Source: Laetmonice hystrix (Eukaryota). Taken from it: a stretch of DNA of 64,000 bases. The stretch spans positions 14,076,001 through 14,140,000 of the forward strand of contig OZ249436.1 in NCBI GenBank assembly GCA_965235115.1. The letters run 5' to 3'. Shown here in pieces: positions 1-13,521 of the stretch. Made by a program: the position numbers and the translations under genes. The notes below the pieces were generated by a model. The model was not told the origin of the DNA. It saw nothing but the letters and a program-made list of their open reading frames with translations, and did no database searches. Each line of letters begins with the position of its first letter. Position 1 is the first letter of the stretch.

Positions 1-1
1 T

Positions 2-247
2 TCAATTATTACTATGATATATTCGGCTACTCTCATTGGGCCTCTGGTGGCGTCCCTACTGGACGGCCTAGGACCCGTATTCATGTTGTTACCCCAATAC
101 ACTGTTGCGGCTGATATTGTGCCTTCTCACAAAAACTGGACTGTGATATTGGGAGCAATCCTGGCCACATTTGGTGTGTCATTAGTACCAGTGTTTGAAC
201 TTGTATTGCATTATACCACAACGACAACAACGCCAGATAAAATGTAA
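2..247 (+). CDS. 3' end of probable SLC35G/EamA (DMT) family membrane transporter, partial
   Basis: Frame is open from the window edge to TAA at 245-247. It has hydrophobic segments, and QYTVAADIVPSHKNWTVILGAILATFG resembles, from memory, the C-terminal helices of invertebrate SLC35G-like proteins. Confidence 0.55.
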   Translation, partial: SIITMIYSATLIGPLVASLLDGLGPVFMLLPQYTVAADIVPSHKNWTVILGAILATFGVSLVPVFELVLHYTTTTTTPDKM

Positions 248-1459
248 AATAGAAGAACGGACCTGTTGTGTGCCGGGTCCCACGGGATCCAGCCTCAGCC
301 AGGGGGTGTTTCAATAAGCGCGTCGGATCGTCCGACCGGCGACGGACCAAAAATTAAATATATGGGTCTATACAAGTCAAAGTAACAGCATTGTAGAGCT
401 AAGATCATGGTCTTCATTGCTACAGCAGGTGCAACTGTCGTTATCGTTTATGGTCACCATCGTTTTATTAGCGCTTGGTATATCCACCAGGGCGACTGAC
501 GCTATATCGTCGGTTTAGTTTAGCGATGCCACTACAACGTCGGTTTCGGGTAAAATCGATTATGCAATAAAGTAGGCCCTAAAAGGAAACTGAGTTTGAG
601 CATGAACATGTCCAATGGACACTCCTTTAGTAGCATTCCTTATGTGAGAATTAGAGTTTATATATTAACTGTCATGCTAATATGAACTTGATTCTGCTCG
701 CTGTAAAATTGTCTCGTGTGTGTTTGTATAGAATGTGAGATATGATATATAGTAATAAACTACTACTACTATACTACTACTACTAGCGATGATTCTCGGT
801 AATATTCAAGTAACATTGCGCATGGTCCTTTGGCATAGTTCAGCAGGACTATACCTTGTCGTAGAATTATACCAGATTAGATGCAACTACTGCATGTAGA
901 GCTGTTTTGTTAAAGAAATACCAGTCTGAACCACGATTATTCTACATCCGCACACCCGCACCCGCACACCCCCACACCCCCCCCCCCACACTCACGCACA
1001 CATACCCCAATCTTTCAACCTTCACACAATGCGTGTACGAATGATGGAATTAATCGCTTGGAAAATAGTACGGTACAGATGAAAGTTAGGCCTACCTCAG
1101 CGATGCTGAGATAAGTTGGCCTGCTTAACCGCTCTTAAATATATTGACTATTTGCAATCAATTTAGAGTAACTATAGGGCCTATGGCGCAGCTCTGACGA
1201 CACCACATTACAACCAAACACATAACGGGATGAGGGACCTTTACGGCGGAAAGTATGGAACGAGATCCCTGGCGCATGAATACGGCCACGAAGGTGAATG
1301 CATGCATTAATGAAAGAACATAGAGGTCTACAATATACGGAATATGTTGGCCTAATAGTAGTACTTTATAACGGCCCCAGTACTACTCCTAATTCATGGT
1401 GGATCTTGATATGTAACGAGGTTAGGTTAATGCGTATGTAACGATTGACTATATCGATA

Positions 1460-1664
1460 CAGGCCCGTAGCCAGGGGGGGGGGGGGTCGGGGGGGGGGGT
1501 CGGACGACCCCCCCCCCCCCCCCAGTTGCCCATCCCTAAGATTTTATTCCATATATGAATAGGCTCTGGAAAACCTTGGATTTATTTCCCAGATGCCAGG
1601 AAAACGCGTATTTGGCCCTGTAATTCCCCCCCCCCCCCCACCTGTAAGGCTGGCTACGGGCCTG
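1460..1664. mobile_element. MITE with poly-G/poly-C interior
   Basis: TIRs CAGGCCCGTAGCCAG / CTGGCTACGGGCCTG; 5-bp TSD CGATA at 1455-1459 and 1665-1669. Confidence 0.85.
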
Positions 1665-1930
1665 CGATATATCACATAGTTACACGCTCATCCTAATGCA
1701 CCTGACAGTTGAATCTGTAAAATATCCTCAATAATTTATATTCTGACATGTAGACTACTCTAGTAAATCAGGAATTCTTTCTTGTATTGATATGATCGTT
1801 ATAAACGTGTTTGCTGTAACATAGGACCGTTAAGTTTGGGTATTTCCATCCCCGAGATCAGCGATCAGTTAACTATATAAGGTGATACCAAAACACGTGA
1901 TAAAGCTGTCCGAGTTGCGCGGACTTGAGT

Positions 1931-1991
1931 GTCGCCACCTGGTGACTGTTCGCTAGTCATCTTTAAGTCGATCACACTACCATCTGGTGGC
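1931..1991 (-). promoter_or_regulatory. Two CTCF-like motifs
   Basis: Minus strand GTCACCAGGTGGCGAC and GCCACCAGATGGTAGTG resemble the CCACCAGGGGGCGC core. Confidence 0.3.
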
Positions 1992-3981
1992 AAATGAAGA
2001 AGCTTAATTTGTTCTCACGCTCGAGTCCTTTCGGCAATCTTCGGGTCGTTCAGAGAAAGGACAGTCACGGATTCCATATCACTCACGGCCCAAATAGGAG
2101 CATGCGCGCCACCTCACTCGTTAGATTACTACACTAGTGACACAAAGTAGGCCTAGATCGAAGAGGAGAGTCAAGCCCGTGCGGGTTCTGTGAGCGTTCA
2201 TTTCAGCAAATGGGCGCGATCATTAGCGTTTGGCACACCACCGGTTACAGAAATGTAGATGGGCTCAAGTCAGTGAACTGCCGTGACGTCATGGGTAAGA
2301 ATATAGATATAGAATCCCCCAAGGCCGTATCACTCCCACCCCATAGCGTTACGAAAACGGAAGTCCTTCCACCGGACTATTCGGCAGCCTACTGACTTGT
2401 GCCGAAAATACATCTAGGAGATCCCATACCACACAACAGGAGCGTGGGGAGGGGGGGGGGCGAATGAACGAATCAATGCAGTCCCCTCAGCCCCCATTAA
2501 TTCGTCAGTAGGACTAGTCTATGCAATCTCCCGATTCCATGCCATAGAAAAGGTAAACTAGGTGTCAAAAATAAACTAAGAAAAATGTCATTCTCTCTCC
2601 ACCCCCCCCCCCCCCCCCCCCTTAATTCTTCCGGTATACCAGGCTAGCTCATACTGTCAAATAAAACCATTAATTCCAGCCATCTCCAAACCAATAAGGG
2701 ACGCATGTATAACCATGGTAGGTATATATCTAAAATCCATTCTAACCTTCCTTCAGGGCATACGGGCCTACAGCATCTCTAGCAGCCCTACAACAATAGC
2801 CACACACCATTTTATCATTTGTCAAAATGAACACTATCACTTTAGGATAGACATACCGTCGCTACTTGAAACGGCCCGAGTTCACGACTGTTTAATCAAA
2901 CAAACTTTCCGACACAAATCTAGATGAATTGTCGTAGGCGACCTAAGGTTACATCGAGGTTAAAAGTCGGCGTAGAAATCAGTCACTTGTCTGTCTGACT
3001 TGGGCCTCGGCACAATTCGAGTTGTCTGCTAGACCGTTCTGTGGCCAAGTTTCACATATGCGAGTAGGTAATGTTTATCATGCACTGACGATCAGCCCAA
3101 ACACTTGGCATAAGGTATGTTTTTACACCTCGTCTTTTTTGCTTCCCTTGAATGTTTACGGACAACGGACCAGTTTGTGTGAAACCTGCCTCTAGGAAGT
3201 CGTTAAGTTGAATCAGGCAAACCTCCTAATAACGTGATGTTACGCGGCCAGTGCAGGCATCACATATTATTGGGCCCTTGTGTAACGGTCCCCTTTCAGG
3301 CATATAGAAAGGTGAGCGGAATTGCGTCGACGAAGGTAACTGAAATTGCAAGGGGGAAATTCTGTCGCAGCCTTGTCGTCAAGTGTAAGCCCATGAGCGA
3401 CAAAAGTGGGAGGGAGTTCCTAAAGTAGATATGTGTCTTACCGTTAGAAGAATCTGAAAATGAAAGCATTTTGGTGGGCCGAAAGTAGAAATACTTGACT
3501 TTAATACTTAAATACTTTAATTGGGGGCGTGACCCCGCTCCTCCTTTTCTCACGTCACTGTGATTTGGTGAGAAGCCTTAAAACAAAGTAATCCCAATGG
3601 TTCAGCGCCTACTTTAGCTGACACTTACCAAGCGTACCAATCAATCGATTTGTTTCTATTATTAGACGAAGTTGCTGTTAAGTTAGATTATGATCGGTTC
3701 CAGCATGTCGCTGGCAAGTGTTGCTGCCCACACCTCTATAGGAATAGGAGAAAAACAAATTGGAAAAAAACAGTTCTGTCCGCATTTGTGCACACGCGCG
3801 GGGGTGGGTGTGTGTATGTATATAGGCCTATATGCATGTATTTAATACATGCATGTTTGAATACAGACCTATGGTCATGTCTTTTTGGAAAGCATCAGGT
3901 AACGGGACCGATAATTTCCACTGTAGACTTGTAAATTACAGTACTACTGACCTCTCGGGTCAAGTATGATGAGGTGCACGT

Positions 3982-4134
3982 GCTTACGACGCCATGCAGG
4001 CTGGTTGTAGTTGCCGGGTGAGAGTGTTACCACACGTAGTTCTGGACACACACTGGGTCGGCTCGGATCCATACTCCGACCTATGGCTATCCTCGTGCGC
4101 TGTACCTATAGCCCCCGGCCACTGGTCAGTGTAA
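3982..4134 (+). pseudogene. Decayed C-type lectin domain fragment
   Basis: Translation THWVGSDPYSDLWLSSCAVPIAPGHW resembles the CTL WxG..W...W pattern; ends in a stop. Confidence 0.3.
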
Positions 4135-4719
4135 TAGTTGTGGCCAGTCTGGGCTGAGCACATACAGATAATTTACAAACACATGGTATCTTTTCACCCA
4201 ATGATTTATCGTATGTGGATTTTCCAGAGCCCTGGGGGATTTAAAGTTAGTTTCTTGTTATCCTGTGTCTGTGAGCGTCTGGACAGTGCGGGTACGTAGT
4301 CCATTCAGATGACTTGGTCGCCCACGCCATTAACGTCTGTTTTTCTCCCCCTTGTTAAGAACTTGACTTTTGTTGGTGTGAACATGATCTTATAATTATT
4401 AACGAAACATGTGACAGCTTTATAAACAGAACGTTCCTGATAAGCGCAATATTCATGGTTTATTGCCACTATTAAATGATGTGGGTCCTAAATTGTAATT
4501 CCATCTTCATTCTCACCTTCAGTGACTGACATACATATATCTATTCAAACCCAGGTCTCTGGGGCTCACTGCTGATACCCAACGACAACTTCAAATACGA
4601 TCGATCTTTTTCACATGCCTGTGAAGCCTTACGAGTATAAAAAGAATGTGTGTGGAGCTGTGTGTGTGGGTGTGTATGTGGGGGTGGGGGGGGGGGGTTG
4701 CCAGTAGCTCTCACTATAT

Positions 4720-4895
4720 GGGCACAACCTGGAGTTTTACTTTCGTACACTTCAAAGCCCGATTAGTAGCTGCAGAACCTGACCTATCTCATACAAGTAT
4801 ACCGTGCAATGTATGGCATCAAGCAATGTTCATCGTTATATCCAATGTATCAGATTTGCTCTGTGGAGCGAGTCTATACGATATGTCATATGTTG
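4720..4895 (+). pseudogene. Decayed C-type lectin C-terminal fragment
   Basis: AAEPDLSHTSIPCNVW...SDLLCGASL, then frameshifted YVIC; resembles EPx..C..D..C..YIC. Confidence 0.3.
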
Positions 4896-5658
4896 AAGTC
4901 ATTGTCCATCCCTTCGTCTGTCTATATAATATCAATGCCTACATATGGTTCATTACTTATTTGCAACTTTTTAAAGATGTAGGGCCTATGTCTGTGTATT
5001 AGAGGAAAATCTGACTATAGTTATGACTATCAATGACCTTGAAAATAGGCCTGCGTTCTATTCCTGACATCACTGACCTTGTAGTGTCATTGCAATGGAG
5101 AGTTAAGAAATACTATGTTCACTGTAATGCAGCAATATATAAAGTTACCATTCTACGTTAGGTGAGACAGACGAGGTCAGACGTCGTGACCTTTCTATCA
5201 GCCGGGGTCAGTGGCTATCTGACCTGGTGTCCTGACCTTCAATCTTAGAAAACTCCTCTCTGATGTCTGCTGCTGACACTCTAACTCCTGCAGGCTAATC
5301 AATCATAGCCACAGCTTGTCACGTGCTAATATCGTTAGTGTCTGGCGAGGGCATTGGCCCAAGCTTTGGTCGGCCTCCCGTCCTGGTTAGGCCCTCATGG
5401 GCCCGGTACAAGGTCTCTATATGTCGACCTGTTGGCCAAGGCGATTTACGGCATTCCTATACGTCCTTGTCACTATAACCGTTCTTGGTACACACACCAC
5501 ACACGTCGGGGCACGTGCATGAAAATGTGAGGATCGAATGTCAGTTCTGTTCAGAAATATTGGGGACTGTGAATGAAGTATAACGTCGGAGAGGAAACAA
5601 CAGCAATCGAAAGTATCACAGAGAAGGGAAATTATGAATCCCACTTCATGTACTATAG

Positions 5659-5830
5659 GCTTAGGCCTGAGAGGTTTAGTCACTGGCTGCCTACTCTAAC
5701 TGACAGGGTATAGGGTCTAGGATAGTGCAGTACGATACTACACGCTTAGGCCTGAGATAAGAGGTTTAGTCACTGGCTGCCTACTCTAACTGACAGGGTA
5801 GGGTCTAGGATAGTGCAGTACGATACTACA
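5659..5830. repeat. Tandem duplication, 2 x ~85 bp
   Basis: gcttaggcctgaga...gatactaca at 5659-5742 and 5744-5830 with small indels. Confidence 0.9.
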
Positions 5831-6386
5831 TGCGGACCTCCCCCCCCCCCCTCACACCCACCCACCCACCCCCCAGCGCGTTTTGACCACATATACAAAC
5901 ACACCAAGTCAGAACTTGATGCGAGAGTATTTCTTTGGAATCTGGCATCCGTCGAGTGTGTTTGCCCCATGATGTGGACCTCTGCTCCGTGCTCCCAGCA
6001 CGACTCGCCTTCGGTTTGTTTGTAATGCAGGCGCAATATAACGATTAATGCGCCAGTAAAAACAAACGGTTTGAGGCTGGGCGCTCGACAGACGTGGGTT
6101 TATTTGTAGTCAGTAACACAGGACCGCTGACCTCAGTGTCCCCGGCTCACAAGTAAAAGGAAACCAAATGTTATGAAACTACATTGCGCTCAGCCAACTT
6201 CGATTAATAGCTCTATCCAGGGCAAGCTTACAGAGAGGCCCTATATCGCCCTGGTCCTGTTTGTATTCATTCAGAGGGGTTCGTTGGCCTATCACGACGG
6301 GACGATAAATTCTTTGAAAAATGGGAATTTCGTTTTGATATTTGAGGCCTCGATGATGGGGCATTCTCAGTAAGTATACCCTAGCA

Positions 6387-6530
6387 CAGTGGCGGACTTG
6401 GGGGGGGGGGGGCACAGGGGGCCCGGGCCTCCACCCCCTGATAATTATGAGTTGAGCTGACCCTTGCCCATCCACCCACACAGCTGTGCCCCCCCCCCCC
6501 AAAAAAAAATAAATCCTGGATCCGCCAGAG
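6387..6530. mobile_element. MITE (CAGTGGCGGA type)
   Basis: CAGTGGCGGA left end, degenerate GGATCCGCCAGAG right end, G/C-run interior. Confidence 0.65.
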
Positions 6531-6949
6531 ATGTCGTAAAGAGGTTCCCAAGTTTTCTCATCAAACTGCATGGACACTGAACTGATGTAGGCAATAGTCG
6601 AGGCATTTTAAAGTTCTGCCTTGTTTGCTTTTTAATAACTGAGGGTCTGAAGGCCTTAAGGAGGTCACAAACCCCTGAATCCCCGACAAACAGGTTTGCG
6701 TATTTACCATACAGTCTGACAATCCAATCCATTGGTCGATATCTGAAGATCACGCTTGATTCACATTGAGGGAAAGAGGGGCTCATTAAAAATAATCGAA
6801 AAAAACAAACAAATAGTCATTCGGTTGCTAAAGAAAAATGTTTGGTAGGTTTCAACCATATACCATATATCGTTCTGATAGATAGTTCTAGAATCAATTG
6901 GCGTCCCGGTTCAATACGTAAGGTCATTGCCACAGTAAGTTGCGGTCCT

Positions 6950-7420
6950 TGTTCTTTTGTGAAGATGTTGACCTCTGCACAGATTTTGAACAGTCATCTT
7001 TTGCTCTTTGAATCTCCCGGTACGACTAAGTATACAGAGTCCGGCCAACCATATAATATCCTTGATGGAGGTAGATGCACTTGTTTTCCTCTAGATTGTA
7101 ACAGTCAGATATCCGAAGAGCACTTGAAGAAGTTAAGATCTCTCTTCAACCGGTGCATTATTTGGCCCGTAATGAATTTCTTCAGGTAAAAAGATACTTT
7201 CAAGTAGTTCTCCCGGCTGTGTGATCCTCTCCGGTATCTCCAGAATAAAGTTTAAGGAGTCATAAAACCTCCAAGGTATGCCTCAAAGATATATAGGTTC
7301 AGAGCCTGGGGGTTATCACACCAACTGACCATGTCTTTTGGGTTAACGTCTGCCAGCCTTTCCCGTTTTTAGGGGTCGAGACCCGTAACGTATACAGTCC
7401 ACACGTGAGTACACCGGCTG
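6950..7420 (-). mobile_element. Decayed LINE (CR1/L2-like) ORF1 relic
   Basis: Broken frames give VYVTGLDP, RENYLKVSF and EILTSSSALRISDCY..CIYL, in the order typical of LINE ORF1 RRM/CTD; many stops. Confidence 0.4.
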
Positions 7421-9324
7421 AAGAGGCACTCACGCAGTCGGTTCCGATTGCCGCCAGACAGCGGGGCTCCTTGGAAAGCTCTCAGCCTACCCCCGGCTGT
7501 CTGGATCCGCCGTCGGTGACGGTGGGGCGGGAAGGACGTCACCCCCAGGGTGGATGTTCTCACGGAGTCGGCCGATAACGGACGGCAGAACGGCCGATCG
7601 CTCCCCTGTTTCCCTGAGGCGATCGCCTGCCGTCAGTTGGGATCAGCAGAGTCGTCAGACGGCAACTGTCACAGCCGACAGGTGACGAGATGCCCAGATA
7701 ACTCGCAATCTTTATGGCGCTCATGCGTGTCATAACTCAATTGCTGTATAGAACTAAATATAGGCTGAAGACTCCATTCAAATGTAAATCTGTTCTTTAC
7801 CTTTTGCGTCGCGATTGCTCCTGTGAATATTATGATGAGTGAGCCTGTTCTGCCAGTGAGACATAGTACATTGCCATTCATGAAACGTTATCAACATCAC
7901 AGCCTAAGTAATCACCTGTGATCAAAGGAGATACAGATAATCTTCTCAGTATAAGAGGTGATTATGTTCGCAATGCTTTCCATCCTTCTGATAAAGGACC
8001 TAGTCCGAGGACCTACTTATCGTTACAACACTAGGATGATAGAATACGTTAGGATATGTACAAGGTGTCACCTTTTCCTCCATATCACCAAGAGATATTT
8101 ATATACAACATAAGTTTGTTATGAACGCACTATGAACGAACCATCTACGGTATGACTTGGCTGTATGCGGAAAGGTTCTTAAAGGCCCAGAAAAAGATAT
8201 AGAACGACCAGTATGCATCAGCCTTGCTCATTTTCTGTAACCTGGAGTTCAAACAATCACCAATAATGAAAACCAAAAAACAAAACCACACACAAACAAC
8301 AACAAAACGCGCAGCCATCTAAATAGAGTATCACGCCACGAAGCATGCTAGCCCCTTCGTGTGACTTGGGCACACATCGCTAGCATACAGGCATTGTGGG
8401 AGCTGTTGAGACTACTTTTGACCTACTTTTTCACGGCAGAAAAGTCCTCATGATAATAAAACACACGTTTTCCAATTTGCTTTAGTTGAAAGGGACTTGC
8501 AATCGACAATTTCCGGCATTATCGCTCATGTATAAACTAGATAAATAGAGGTGTTTGTAGTAGGCTACAGGGTCCGATTTTTGGCAACTTACCACATAAT
8601 TGTAACCTTGACACAACTAAATTGATTTGTAAATGCTGTATAGGCCTAGTATTACACATAAAGTGGTTTTGATAGTTTTTCAATTGTATTTTGCCACTTT
8701 TGTGTAAGGTTTGTATTGTGGACAAATCACTTGCGGATGTTCACTAGCGTATTAATTTTCGCCCTGTGCTGGAGTGAGTTGGGGTGTAGCAAGGAGTTTG
8801 GTTAGCCCAACCGAACTTCCGGCAAAGGAGTGGGCCACTAAGCTTAGATATATTGTCAACAACGGCAGTCCCCTTCTATGCGCGCGCATCACCATATGTT
8901 CTACTTCCTCTACAGCTCCAGGACGCATATACGATGTCATTACAATCGACTCGCTAGTTTAAAATGTAATGCCGACGGCAGAGTCCTATATCGGAGTCCT
9001 ACTATTTCATTTTTCTCACATATACGGGCCAGTGCATGATCAATATATTTAAAAGGTACGTTATATCTGGTCGTTGACCTCGTCCTCTCTTTTTTGGCCT
9101 TTAAAGCGGCGGAAGTAGTGTTATCTCAGTATCTGTTCGACATTGTGAGAACAACAAAGTTCCGGACCCAACAACTGTACCGCGGAGACCCATTTTAGAC
9201 CTTCCAACATTTTTTTGGTATTCAGGGTAGCTGTCATTGATGTTTACGACTGCTCTAAGCTTCAAGTGGCACCCATTGTACCAAGGCGTACCCCAAATTT
9301 AATTGGTGGATGTAAATAGGTTGT

Positions 9325-9520
9325 GCCTTACACCTGCCTGGCTTGACAGGCGGTACGGTTACATTGTGGCCAACACTCATCTTTGTCTCGGTATAGGAGG
9401 CAGGTGAAGAATGATCTATCCACGGATGATTATTAGAATGACCGGCGCCTATATCAGGACTCCACCGAGTCCACAGTGTTCCCCTCACAGTGTGTATTTG
9501 AAGCGCTATAGATTTGCACA
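9325..9520 (-). pseudogene. Decayed sushi/CCP-like exon fragment
   Basis: GNTVDSVES*YRR...DRSFFTC...DECW...TAC; Cys/Trp spacing is sushi-like, with in-frame stops. Confidence 0.3.
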
Positions 9521-11398
9521 ATTAAGCCTTCATCCGTCGGCTGAGTAGAAGTAATTCCAAGACTTCATTATTCCTACATTAACCCGGGTGTATAGCTTTC
9601 AGTAGACTGACTGGTGCTGTAATCACTTCGTCATGGCAAGATTTAGATTCCGTTTTCAGCCCCCGTATTTTGCAGGCGATCTAAAGGTAATGATCGGGTG
9701 AATAGGTCTATTAGTATATATTTTAATGCAAGAGTACACAGCCGTAAGGGGGAATTGACCTAATACTCAGGAAAGTGTCAATGAAAGGTGTACAGGTACA
9801 GGCTTGGTTTGTGGAATTCAGATCAAAGCCATGGTCCGTTACAAAATGTAGGCTGGAAACGATAGATGTACATTCAACATTGTACATTTCAGCCTGTAGC
9901 ACTGACGTCTTCGTTATTAATTTTGTCTGTACCAAATGAATGGCCGTTGTAGTGATGATAATAAATTGAAGATGGCGCCACGAGGAAGAACGTCCAAATG
10001 TATAGAAAGTCGGCAACGCATTATTGTGACGGGACTCTACATGGGCGGATTCAGCCAATCTCAGCTCAACCAACTGGCCACAGGCTTACCACGTTGAGTG
10101 TTTTTTTTACAGGGCGCTCCTTATATTATTCTATTACATCCACCCACTCACCAACCCCTTACCTCGACCGGAGGAAAAAAATAAAAAATCAGATACGTGA
10201 CGTAAACTTATCGTATCACGAACGTCCTTGGGTCCTGTTGCGTGGGCGAGACCATGCATGTTCGCCCCACTGAAGTTTGACATTTCTGCCTCCCAGCGAA
10301 CACAGGACATGCTTCATGTGCAGGGCTATAACTTAGCTGTCTGCTTGAAAGCTTTGGAGTCCAAACGGACAGGGTCACCTGAAATGTTTTGCCGCGTGTT
10401 TGGGTGAGGGTCATGGCCTTTAAACGAAAAGGGCGCAGAACCACGCGTCGACGTATAAAATATACCGCACACGCGGTCCTTCTTGTGCCGCCGTATTTTG
10501 GGGCGGCGGAATGCCATTTTCTATCAACAGCACAGTAATATTGCATCAGGAATGGGAATGAATTCGACGTTCAGACTATCATATTGCCTGGCGGTCAGGT
10601 CCCGTGGTCACAAATCAGCATCAGATATCTGCGAATTTCAAAGGAGGTGACAAAATACGTCGCCATTTTCTTCCAAGTGTGAAGCCATGCTCTGAATTAA
10701 TGGCTTTGTATACGTTAATATGAGACACGGTAAACGTCATCGATGTGGTGACTGACTGACCACCTTATAATGGGCGCTGCTCGTGAGCGCAGCTGTTCAC
10801 GAATGAAACATATACCAGACAGACGGTGTAATATCGTATACAACACTATAATCTTCAATGTAGACAATCCACGATAGAGAATGGGAAGGATGAATATACG
10901 TTGTAATTGCCCTTGGCAACAGTCAACACTTCTTTTTTCCATACTGGTGTTGTTAAAGAACTAAATCTATTTTTCTCTTCATTCCGTTATGCAGAATCCT
11001 GTATTATACCACAGTAAATGTCTCCATCACACACCCCCTGGCGACAAACTGAATTCTACACCAGATTCATGGCAGATTGGCGTGGGGAAGGAGATGACGT
11101 CTGTGAACAGATGTAGCTTGTCTAGCAACATCTCTGGTCTTTATGGGTTCAACAAATCTTAACTGCCGCGTCTACCGCTTACATGTCTTTTGCGTTTGTA
11201 TCTTGTTTGCCGCCTTCCATGTCATGTCTCAGTCATTACAAGACAAGGGTTCGCCTCGTTTTAATGGGGCGATTCTAATTTTGATACAAAGGATGGTTTT
11301 AACTTCAGGGCGAGGTCACAGATAAGAAGATACCTCCGTTAAAAACAGTTCCTGAAACAGTATTCGCCACTCTACCAGACGTTTAAACCAATGCTGTG

Positions 11399-11946
11399 TT
11401 TAGTTACATACCCATGTCGTTAGCAATCCACTGAAGGAGATTTAGTTACATACCCATGTCGTTAGCAATCCACTGAAGGAGATTTAGTTACATACCCATG
11501 TCGTTAGCAATCCACTGAAGGAGATTTAGTTACATACCCATGTCGTTAGCAATCCACTGAAGGAGATTTAGTTACATACCCATGTCGTTAGCAATCCACT
11601 GAAGGAGATTTAGTTACATACCCATGTCGTTAGCAATCCACTGAAGGAGATTTAGTTACATACCCATGTCGTTAGCAATCCACTGAAGGAGATTTAGTTA
11701 CATACCCATGTCGTTAGCAATCCACTGAAGGAGATTTAGTTACATACCCATCTCGTTAGCAATCCACTGAAGGAAATTTAGTTACATACCCGTGTCGTTA
11801 GCAATCCACTGAAGGAGATTTAGTTACATACCCATGTCGTTAGCAATCCACTGAAGGAGATTTAGTTACATACCCATGTCGTTAGCAATCCACTAAAGGA
11901 GATTTAGTTACATACCCGTGTCGTTAGCAATCCACTGAAGGAGATT
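11399..11946. repeat. 42-bp minisatellite, 13 copies
   Basis: Unit tttagttacatacccatgtcgttagcaatccactgaaggaga, head to tail, few substitutions. Confidence 0.97.
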
Positions 11947-12058
11947 CAAAAGGAAGCTCCAAGATATGATAATGACTTGGGACGGGTGCCTGCGTGGGGG
12001 GCGGAAGTTGGCTTTACAACTATTTTTTCCGAAAGCGGGAGGGGGCACAACGTGCTGT

Positions 12059-12416
12059 TGAACTATCCTGCTATCTCGATTGGGAAGTATGACTCCAACT
12101 CCGTTGTTCCAGGGTAGTATATGTATTTTAATGGTCGAGATGCACAGGTATAGAACTAATACTAACTCTGATTTCTCAGGTAGAGAAATCTTTCTTATAA
12201 TACACGTAGTGGTTGCTCAGGGATCAGTGCTACGGCAACTGTCCATGGCTACATACACAAACTTAAAACATTATACCGCTGGTAACCACTAAACATTGGT
12301 TACCAATACATTCTTATAATTTATGGTTATATTACTTTACATAATCCGGATATTAACTGGCTTAGACATGTATGTAGATAGTAAACTTGTCAGGGGAGAG
12401 AAACCTGGCCATGACA
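12059..12416 (-). repeat. 3' LTR
   Basis: Direct repeat of 14350-14707; the minus strand has TATAAG and ATTAAA. Confidence 0.93.
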
Positions 12417-12429
12417 TCATCCCCTCCCT
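12417..12429 (-). other. Polypurine tract
   Basis: AGGGAGGGGATGA on the minus strand, abutting the 3' LTR. Confidence 0.85.
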
Positions 12430-13521
12430 GGGAGAAATGATCCTCCGGGATCGAACTTAAATTATCTGAGAAAGAACTATTTAATAATAACTTGTAAAAT
12501 GTTATAAGGGTTGATGAAAGTCACCTCCGATTTCACAACACTCAATCGGAATATTTACAAAAACTTTTAAAAGACAACGACAGAAAATAACGAGGCTCGC
12601 ACAGGAATATAAAATGACTACATGCCTCCCTAGTACTACCTTAAATATACGACGTCCACATAATATATCGACACTATTGCCGGTATAATATCAACACTGT
12701 TACTGGTATCTAGTTGTATTCGTGTCGAGACGAGAACATAAAAACGTAAAAATAGTATAAATATTAAAGAAAAACGCTCAGACATATCAAGGACCCGGTA
12801 TATCAAAAGAAAACTTGCGGAGAGTCTCGGGAATTCCTGAGCATCAACGCCTTCCACTTCCAAAATTCTGACTCTTGGCTGTCAGTCCTCCTCGGAGACC
12901 TTTGTTCGTCCCCGAACTTATAACTGGGTGCATTCTTGCTCCCCACAAACAGCTGGCGGTTAACACAATGGTACACACTTAACGCTAACGGCCCAGTCGT
13001 TCCCGGAGGAGTAAAGGCAGTTTATATGAAGTTCAGAGTTAACACGTGGCTTTAAATACCACATGTCCTCTGAATAAATAATAAGTGGTGCCGCTCACTT
13101 TAAAGTAAGACGGCTCCGTATTGGTTAAAAGAAAAATGATAATACATATCCGTCCACGGATGGCTGGATCCTTGCCACCCTAGGACGGCGACCTATGGGA
13201 AACTGACCAGCAGTTTTCCCAAGCCCTAAAAATTAATTGCCTCCCTTTACAAAATGTAGGAAACCTTCACACCTCTCAAGAGTTTTGACTGGTCATACGG
13301 GCGTATTACTCGTGCGATTACCGCACTTTGCTTTTGTGAACCCGGCAATAAAAAGGTTGTTACACGTGGACGAATGTGTGGTCAGGTGGATTATGGCATT
13401 GTCACTTAGGAGCTATGCCTTTGCGGGTACTGGCTTGCTTATAGCTGGTTATAATGTCCGTTTAAATAACTTGACATATATGTTAAATTTGTAGGGTTTA
13501 CACTTGCTTGAACACATAGAG

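Noticed and set aside
11399..11946. CRISPR array
   Set aside because: Units are contiguous with no unique spacers, no cas genes, eukaryotic context.
12080..12292. Duplicated 70-aa gene (also 14371-14583)
   Set aside because: Chance antisense ORF inside the two LTRs.
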